A DNA stretch of 14,220 nt, from NCBI GenBank assembly GCA_016926735.1, contig JAFGOA010000064.1, positions 1 to 14,220 on the forward strand, written 5' to 3'. Under the pieces are notes generated by a model. That model made no database searches, was not told the DNA's origin, and saw nothing but the letters and a program-made list of their open reading frames with translations. Each line of letters begins with the position of its first letter. Position 1 is the stretch's first letter. This document shows, in pieces, positions 8,323-14,220 of the stretch. Made by a program: the position numbers and the translations under genes. Source of the DNA: Promethearchaeota archaeon. GTDB taxonomy: Archaea; Asgardarchaeota; Lokiarchaeia; Sigyniarchaeales; SOKP01.

Positions 8323-9711
8323 ATGAAATATGATATTATAATCATTGGTGCCGGAACAGCGGGAGCTATGACTGCTTGTAGAGCCACTCAACAGGGACTC
8401 AGTGTTGCTTTAATAGATCGAAAACTAAAACAAAATATCGGAAATAAAACATGTGGAGATGCATTAGCCAAATATCATATGGATTTTGTAAAAAGTAAGG
8501 TTGGATTTGATCATCCTAAAGGAGAAGAACTCAAACAAAAAATTACGGGTCTTGCCCTATATCCTCCCAATAAAAAATCAAAAATTATTTTACACGATCA
8601 AGAAGGATATGTGGTGGATCGCCTATTATTTGGACAGAGGCTACTGAATTTAGCTATTGATTCGGGAACAGAATTATTTTCTGATTATATATTTAAAGAT
8701 TTAATTATTAAGGAAAAAAAAATAATTGGAGTTAAAATAAAATCAAAAAAAACTAAAGAATCTGAAGAAATATTTGCAAATGTTATTATAGATGCCAGTG
8801 GTGCTAATAGTATCATACGGAAAAAAATACCCTATTTTTTACAAAAATGTACTGAGAATGAAATCAGCAATGTAGATATGGGATATGCATATAGAAAAAT
8901 TATTAATTTGGATAATTCTAACCAGATAGAAGATATAGATCTTATCCAAATATATTTCGATCATAAACTAGCTCGTGGAGGATATGCTTGGGTTTTCCCA
9001 CGTGGACAGAAAAGTATCAATTTAGGAATCGGAGGAATGAAGATAATGACTTCTGATCTCCATGAAAAATACAATCAATTTTTTGTTAATTTTCCAGAAC
9101 TTAACAATAATACTGTTATTCATGAGGGTGGGGGTGTAATACCCATGCGTAGACCTATGAATTCTTTCGTCACTGATAATTTTGCTTTTGTTGGTGATGC
9201 TGCTTTTCAAGTTAATCCCTTACATGGAGGTGGAATTGGAGCTAATTTAGAAGCAGGCATATTTTTAGCAGATACAGTAATTAAAGCAAATGAAAACAAT
9301 GATTTTTCTGAACAAAGCTTATGGCAATATAATATAAAATACAATAATAAAATTGGTTGTACCCATGCGGCTCTTGATATATTTCGTCTTTACGCCTACA
9401 TCATGCCAAATAAAGTATTAAATGCTGTTATAAATCGTAAAATAATTACAGAAAACGATGTTATGAGTGCGGGTCTAACAGGAGCTCTTGAGATGACGGC
9501 TCCAGAAAAATTAAAAAAAGCATTAAAAGGAATGGATATTTTTAAATATATGTTAAAAATAAGAACAATGGCTAAAAAAATGGGAAGAATTAAAGAGCTT
9601 TATCAAAATTATCCTAAAGAATCTAAAGAAATGCCTGATTGGATTGAAAAAATAAATAACATCTACCATGGATTAAAAGAACCATATGAAAATATAAAAA
9701 ACATTAAATAA
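8323..9711 (+). CDS. Geranylgeranyl reductase family protein (digeranylgeranylglycerophospholipid reductase-like FAD oxidoreductase)
   Basis: YDIIIIGAGTAG Rossmann motif, KTCGDA, DASG, GGYAWVFP and VGDAAFQVNPLHGGGI. At 462 aa it carries the long C-terminal extension seen in Sulfolobus-type GGR. Confidence 0.92.
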   Translation: MKYDIIIIGAGTAGAMTACRATQQGLSVALIDRKLKQNIGNKTCGDALAKYHMDFVKSKVGFDHPKGEELKQKITGLALYPPNKKSKIILHDQEGYVVDRLLFGQRLLNLAIDSGTELFSDYIFKDLIIKEKKIIGVKIKSKKTKESEEIFANVIIDASGANSIIRKKIPYFLQKCTENEISNVDMGYAYRKIINLDNSNQIEDIDLIQIYFDHKLARGGYAWVFPRGQKSINLGIGGMKIMTSDLHEKYNQFFVNFPELNNNTVIHEGGGVIPMRRPMNSFVTDNFAFVGDAAFQVNPLHGGGIGANLEAGIFLADTVIKANENNDFSEQSLWQYNIKYNNKIGCTHAALDIFRLYAYIMPNKVLNAVINRKIITENDVMSAGLTGALEMTAPEKLKKALKGMDIFKYMLKIRTMAKKMGRIKELYQNYPKESKEMPDWIEKINNIYHGLKEPYENIKNIK

Positions 9712-9952
9712 ATTTTCGCTGTTTATTTATTTATCTGTTTCCTAAATTTAATTTTAAAGCTATTTTCTGTATTATTGAACAACGATTAGGAAATGTAATT
9801 TAATGACCAAAGAAAAATAAAAATTATAAATATTTAGTGGAAAAAAAAAAATTGAAGCGATATAATCCTTTCATTAATTTAATCTATCTCTTTCGATAAT
9901 ATTTCAATATATTTATTCATATAAGATATTTTAGAGTCGAAAGGTTTTAAAA

Positions 9953-10336
9953 ATGAGAAAAGAGAAAATAGAGAGAAATTTACAATTATTTACCATAAAT
10001 AAATATTCTGGAAATTTAGAAGAATTATTTGATAAATTTGTAGTCCACTTAGAGCTTTGTAAAATTCAGACTTTTATTGGTGGGGGTGATACTAATGTTT
10101 GGTCTAATATATTAATCATAACCGAAGTAGGTCTACGTGAAAGTATTTCTTCATCGTTTATGATAGATACATATGGAGCAAAAAATACTTTTAAATTAAG
10201 TTTTTCTTTGAATGACAACACAATAGTTATTAATTACAGTTTTAATGTTGGTAGTTTTTTCACTAAAGAATTTGCAACAAGATTAAAACCATATATCATA
10301 TTATCTTATAGAAAAGCACTTAAAGATTTATTATAA
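9953..10336 (+). CDS. Hypothetical protein
   Basis: 127-aa ATG ORF in stop-rich AT DNA with the same TTAAAAATG start context as its neighbours. No motif recognised. Confidence 0.7.
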   Translation: MRKEKIERNLQLFTINKYSGNLEELFDKFVVHLELCKIQTFIGGGDTNVWSNILIITEVGLRESISSSFMIDTYGAKNTFKLSFSLNDNTIVINYSFNVGSFFTKEFATRLKPYIILSYRKALKDLL

Positions 10337-10378
10337 AGAAAGTTTGTTTAATCTTAAGGATTATTATTGAAAAGGGAT

Positions 10379-10588
10379 TCAATAATCAAGTTCTTCCATG
10401 ATTTCGCCATTTGGTAGCATGTTACAAGGATGATATTTACCACTTTCTTCTAATTGATATCTAATACATTTTTTATTGTCAATTAAACAATATTCATTAA
10501 TCCATTTTCGGTCAAGTTTACCTTGTTCAACAAAATATTTAATAGGACAGAGTTGATACCATTTACATACTTTTTTCTTTGCTTTCAA
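10379..10588 (-). CDS. Small Cys-rich putative metal-binding protein
   Basis: 69 aa, C-x5-C-x19-C-x6-C plus HPCNMLPNG. TTG start with GAGGA 12 nt upstream. Confidence 0.75.
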   Translation of the reverse strand: MKAKKKVCKWYQLCPIKYFVEQGKLDRKWINEYCLIDNKKCIRYQLEESGKYHPCNMLPNGEIMEELDY

Positions 10589-10864
10589 ATATAAGTAAAA
10601 TCCTCAATTAAGAATACATAAATACTAATTATAATCAATTCAACCCTTAATAAAATTTTTTTTTTCCTACACGATCTTTATTCATGAAATCTATATAAAG
10701 TGAAAATTCAGAGTTAAATTTAAAAAATTTTAATCCATATTTATTTTTAATATTATTTTTGTAAAAATTTGGTCCTAATATACTTAAATAGTTAATTAAA
10801 TTATAATCAAATAGGTGAAATCATATTGAATTATATATTAAAATTAAGGGGGATATAGTTAAAA

Positions 10865-11308
10865 ATGATTGAAGATAAAATCAGTGAAGAACAAAAAATA
10901 GCGAACTTTAAAAAGAGGATCGCATCAATAGAAAATCGTGAAGAATCTAAGGTAGGAAAAAAACCTTATAGAATGAAAAAAGGTGAAATTCATAGAATAG
11001 CTGTATATGTATTGCTTTACGTAAGTAGTACCTTCTTTTTCTCCCTTTTACTTATTCAATCACTGGTATATGCTCCTGGATATACAGTATCTTTTGGAGA
11101 CATAATTATTAGTAAAGCAATGATAGATACTGCATTACTCATATTTGGTATTTTTTTATTGATATCTTTTATCCTTTTCGTAATTGTATTGATAAAAAAG
11201 ATTGAAACTAAAAAACAAATTGAAAAAAGAAAAATTCAATTCATAGAAAAAACACCTGAGGAATATACTGAAGAAATGGACCAATTCTTTGAAAAATTAA
11301 AAGATTAA
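10865..11308 (+). CDS. Two-TM membrane protein, function unknown
   Basis: Charged N- and C-termini flank two hydrophobic helices (IAVYVLLYVSSTFFFSLLLI; ALLIFGIFLLISFILFVIVLI). Confidence 0.8.
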   Translation: MIEDKISEEQKIANFKKRIASIENREESKVGKKPYRMKKGEIHRIAVYVLLYVSSTFFFSLLLIQSLVYAPGYTVSFGDIIISKAMIDTALLIFGIFLLISFILFVIVLIKKIETKKQIEKRKIQFIEKTPEEYTEEMDQFFEKLKD

Positions 11309-11320
11309 AAATATCTTAAA

Positions 11321-11336
11321 TTTCTTTTTTTTTTTT
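11321..11336 (+). terminator. Archaeal oligo-T terminator
   Basis: TTTC-T12 starting 13 nt after the stop at 11308. Confidence 0.55.
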
Positions 11337-11546
11337 ACCTATTAATTATTATATCAACTCTTCACTAAAATTTTATAAATAATTTTAAGGTTATCTTATT
11401 CATGAACCTTTTATGAAGTGAAAAAAAAATAGAATTAATGTGACTTAATCCTAATTAAAAAGAAATAACAATAAATCCATACAATGTATTAATAAACTAA
11501 GATTTTTATCTAATATATTAATTAATAATACTTAAGAGAATTAAAA

Positions 11547-12056
11547 ATGGGTGAAAGTAAAGCAGCTGTGGCTGTAGCGCTTGTTATAGGATTAGCAGGC
11601 ATAGGTATAGGAGGATATTCATTTTATATGTTACAAAGCAACATCACTCCTACTATATCTGATTTAGACGATGTCTACACTACTGGTATTTGGTATAGGG
11701 AACATATATTATCATATACCCTACCAGTAACGAATACTCAAATTCCTGATTTATTCGCTCAAATATCTATAGGTACGGGTGAGAGTGTATATTTATTGTA
11801 TACTGCTGATCTTAATTTAAATGATAACTCTGAAGCAAGATTTAGAGTATATATTGATGGAGTATATAATACTCCAGGATTTGCATTTTATGAAACGGGG
11901 TCAGGCTCTGGACAGATGAGAATTGCAGCTACGATCCAACATTATATAACAGATTTAACTCCCGGAACGCATAATATATCTATTTGGGCAGAATGTGCTT
12001 TGGGAACCGCTTGGGTAGTTTATTCAAAACTATTTATTCAGAGTTATAATGTTTAA
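11547..12056 (+). CDS. Membrane-anchored/secreted beta-sandwich protein
   Basis: N-terminal TM (AAVAVALVIGLAGIGIGGYSFY) followed by a beta-rich domain (VYLLYTA, FRVYIDG, LTPGTHNISIW). Confidence 0.8.
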   Translation: MGESKAAVAVALVIGLAGIGIGGYSFYMLQSNITPTISDLDDVYTTGIWYREHILSYTLPVTNTQIPDLFAQISIGTGESVYLLYTADLNLNDNSEARFRVYIDGVYNTPGFAFYETGSGSGQMRIAATIQHYITDLTPGTHNISIWAECALGTAWVVYSKLFIQSYNV

Positions 12057-12061
12057 AATTC

Positions 12062-12072
12062 TTTTTTTTTTT
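12062..12072 (+). terminator. Archaeal oligo-T terminator
   Basis: T11 run a few nt after the stop at 12056. Confidence 0.55.
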
Positions 12073-12304
12073 AATATTTCTTCTATTAAAGCTAACCTAA
12101 ATTAACTCTCATCTGAAAACTGCTAGTCTTTTATAAAATAAAAAAAAAAGAATTTTTTAAATACATCACTTAGTTTATGGAACTATTTTCTATATGATAT
12201 ATTAAAATTCAGGTTGTATGTATTAAAAACCCAATATTTTAATTTTCTTTATGAAGATATTTTCTATGCTACTTATAATACTGAAAGACTTATAAAAGGT
12301 TTAA

Positions 12305-12535
12305 AGGGATTTAATAGAATCAAATCAACCCACTATGATAGTTATATTGACAGATGGAGTCCTCACAGATGGAGATGGCATTTTTAATTCAATTCAACAG
12401 TTCTCAACAATATCAAATGTAATAGTCTATATAATAGAGTCTGGTAATCCTGATGATGGATTAATGTCTAGAGCGGCTTCCTTATGTGGCAGAGAATATT
12501 TTAACCTAGAGGATGCCGTGGAACTATTAGTATGA
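12305..12535 (+). pseudogene. C-terminal fragment of a von Willebrand factor A (vWA) domain protein
   Basis: IVILTDG MIDAS-Asp strand, then VIVYII and LMSRAASLCGREYF resembling the vWA end. The frame is closed upstream by TAA 12302-12304 and no DxSxS half is present. Confidence 0.65.
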
Positions 12536-12870
12536 TATTCCAAGCGAGCAAGAGTTTAATCGATTAAATTAAAAGCTCATGTTAAATAAATTTTAACTAT
12601 TTTTTATACCATTATTATCTTTGTTCTTTAAACTACAAATATAAGAGAAAATTATCAGTCTTAACATTTTAAAAAATTTTAATTTCTTCAAATTTTTCTT
12701 CTCATTCAATTCGTATAATTATAGAATATATATAACTTTATAGTGGTATAGATTTTCAAAATTTCACTTTTTGTCCATATGACTTTATAAAAAATATTCT
12801 CTTCGCATTTATTAAATAATTAATTAAAAAAAATAGAATAAAATACAAAAAAAAAGAGGAATATTTAAAA

Positions 12871-14220
12871 ATGAAACATCGAAAAATAACAATTATTCCA
12901 ATATTAAGCATGATATTCATAGGTTTCTTCTTAACAATGAATATTAATTTGTTAGCACCAAGGTCTTCTATTTCTAAAACACTTAATTCTTCTGCAAGTG
13001 GAGATGTGTGGTTCAGCTCAGTTCCAACCCAAACCGTTGGTGACACTTTTGAGACTAATATCTATGTTGATACTGGTAGTCAGATTTTAGGAGCTTATGG
13101 ATTTGAAATTGCTTACAATGATGCTGTTATTCAAATAGTAAATAGTAATGATGTAGTTGCTGGTGCTCAAGGATTTGTTTCTGCAGTCAATATTGATAAT
13201 AATAATGGAGTAGTTACTATTGCAGGATTTGATGCTATGGGTACAGGCCCAGGCTCTCAACTCCACTTATTAACCCTTGCCTGGACCGCAGTCGGCACAG
13301 GTACCAGTTCATTAGATTTATCCATTATGGATTTAGCAGATAACATGTTAGAACCCATAGGTACTGCTACTGATATTGATGGTAGTGTAGTCGTAGAAAT
13401 AGGTGAAAATGCTCCAGTGCTTAATTCTCCATCAACGGTTTACTATCAAGAAAATACTATAGGACATTCAATTACTTGGATAGCGACAGATGACAATCCT
13501 ACAACCTTTATAGTTACTCGACTAAATGTTCCACAAGAAGTTGTAGCTTCTGGTTCATGGAGTTCTGGTGTTGGAATTACCGTAAGTATTGATGGTCTAT
13601 CAGACGGGTATTGGGTCTATAATTGTACTGTTTATGATGAAGATGGATTATTTGATACATCCTTCGTTAATGTAAGAGTCACTCCTACTGCTGTTGGAGA
13701 TGTATGGTTCAGCTCAGTATCAAAACAAACCATTGGTAACACTTTTGAGACTAAAATCTATATCAATACAGGGAGTCAGAATTTAGGTATTTATGGATTT
13801 CAGATTGCTTACAATGAAAGTGTTATTCAAATAGCAAGTAACGATGATATAGTTGCTGGTCCTAGAGGATTTGTTTCTTCCATCAATGTTGATAATGCGA
13901 ATGGATTGGTTACGATAATTGGAATTGATGCAATGGGTACATCCCCAATGGTTGAGCTCCACTTATTTACCATTACTTGGACAGCAGTTGGCTTAGGAAA
14001 TAGTTCATTAGATTTAACCATTGATGCTTTATCAGATATAGAATCCTTAGATATAGGTACTTCTAACGCTATTGATGGTAGTGTAGAGGTTAGAGATCCT
14101 ATATCCGCTCCAGTTCTTAGTTATCCATTGGCTTTTTACTATCTAGAAGATACTATAGGACATTCTATTACTTGGATAGCAACAGATGATAATCCTACAA
14201 CCTATACAGTTACTCGAATG
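12871..14220 (+). CDS. Secreted multi-cohesin scaffoldin-like surface protein (3'-truncated by window edge; absent from ORF track)
   Basis: My translation: ATG 12871 (GAGGA at 12856-12860), open for 450 codons to the edge. Signal-like MKHRKITIIPILSMIFIGFFLTM; cohesin-like domains 13000-13395 and 13696-14091 (VGDTFETNIYV..LGAYGFEIAYNDAVIQIV..GVVTIAG..LLTLAWTAVGTGTSSLDL..IDGSVVV); Ig-like domains 13411-13680 and 14107 onward. Confidence 0.9.
   Translation, partial: MKHRKITIIPILSMIFIGFFLTMNINLLAPRSSISKTLNSSASGDVWFSSVPTQTVGDTFETNIYVDTGSQILGAYGFEIAYNDAVIQIVNSNDVVAGAQGFVSAVNIDNNNGVVTIAGFDAMGTGPGSQLHLLTLAWTAVGTGTSSLDLSIMDLADNMLEPIGTATDIDGSVVVEIGENAPVLNSPSTVYYQENTIGHSITWIATDDNPTTFIVTRLNVPQEVVASGSWSSGVGITVSIDGLSDGYWVYNCTVYDEDGLFDTSFVNVRVTPTAVGDVWFSSVSKQTIGNTFETKIYINTGSQNLGIYGFQIAYNESVIQIASNDDIVAGPRGFVSSINVDNANGLVTIIGIDAMGTSPMVELHLFTITWTAVGLGNSSLDLTIDALSDIESLDIGTSNAIDGSVEVRDPISAPVLSYPLAFYYLEDTIGHSITWIATDDNPTTYTVTRM
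13000..14220 (+). repeat. Intragenic tandem repeat, 696-bp (232-codon) period, at least 1.75 copies
   Basis: GGAGATGTnTGGTTCAGCTCAGT occurs at 13000 and 13696, and GCTCCAGT at 13411 and 14107. Both offsets are 696 with no indels. Confidence 0.95.

Noticed and set aside
8139-8387. 82-aa minus-strand ORF
   Set aside because: Overlaps the GGR Rossmann motif antisense; the rest is AT-rich intergenic sequence.
9022-9210. 62-aa minus-strand ORF
   Set aside because: Antisense shadow of GGR.
12756-13046. 96-aa minus-strand ORF
   Set aside because: Antisense to the start of the real 12871+ gene.
13827-14021. 64-aa minus-strand ORF
   Set aside because: Antisense shadow of cohesin copy 2.
1-14220. 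CRISPR array, tRNA/rRNA, or diversity-generating retroelement TR/VR pair
   Set aside because: No regularly spaced short repeats, no GC-rich structured RNA and no reverse transcriptase seen; differences between repeat copies are not adenine-specific.

Overview
Very AT-rich archaeal DNA, most likely from an Asgard archaeon (Lokiarchaeia/Promethearchaeota-like). That assignment is inferred from a SIPGY+TM+basic C-terminal tag, a stand-alone 7TM protein, an archaeal geranylgeranyl reductase and oligo-T terminators. The window is dominated by cell-envelope genes: a 903-aa parallel beta-helix surface glycoprotein, an exported clan CD (His-Cys dyad, legumain/caspase-like) peptidase, a digeranylgeranylglycerophospholipid reductase, small membrane proteins and a vWA remnant. 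A decayed IS1-like element with 17-bp perfect TIRs (5523-6825) sits between the peptidase and the surface protein. The main find is an ORF missing from the supplied track (12871 to beyond the window end): a secreted protein built from tandem 232-aa [cohesin-like + Ig-like] units, i.e. a candidate archaeal scaffoldin. A duplicated bipartite non-coding element (44-228 / 1004-1162) and a recurring TTAAA(A)ATG start context are also visible. All family calls come from motif recognition by eye, not from searches.
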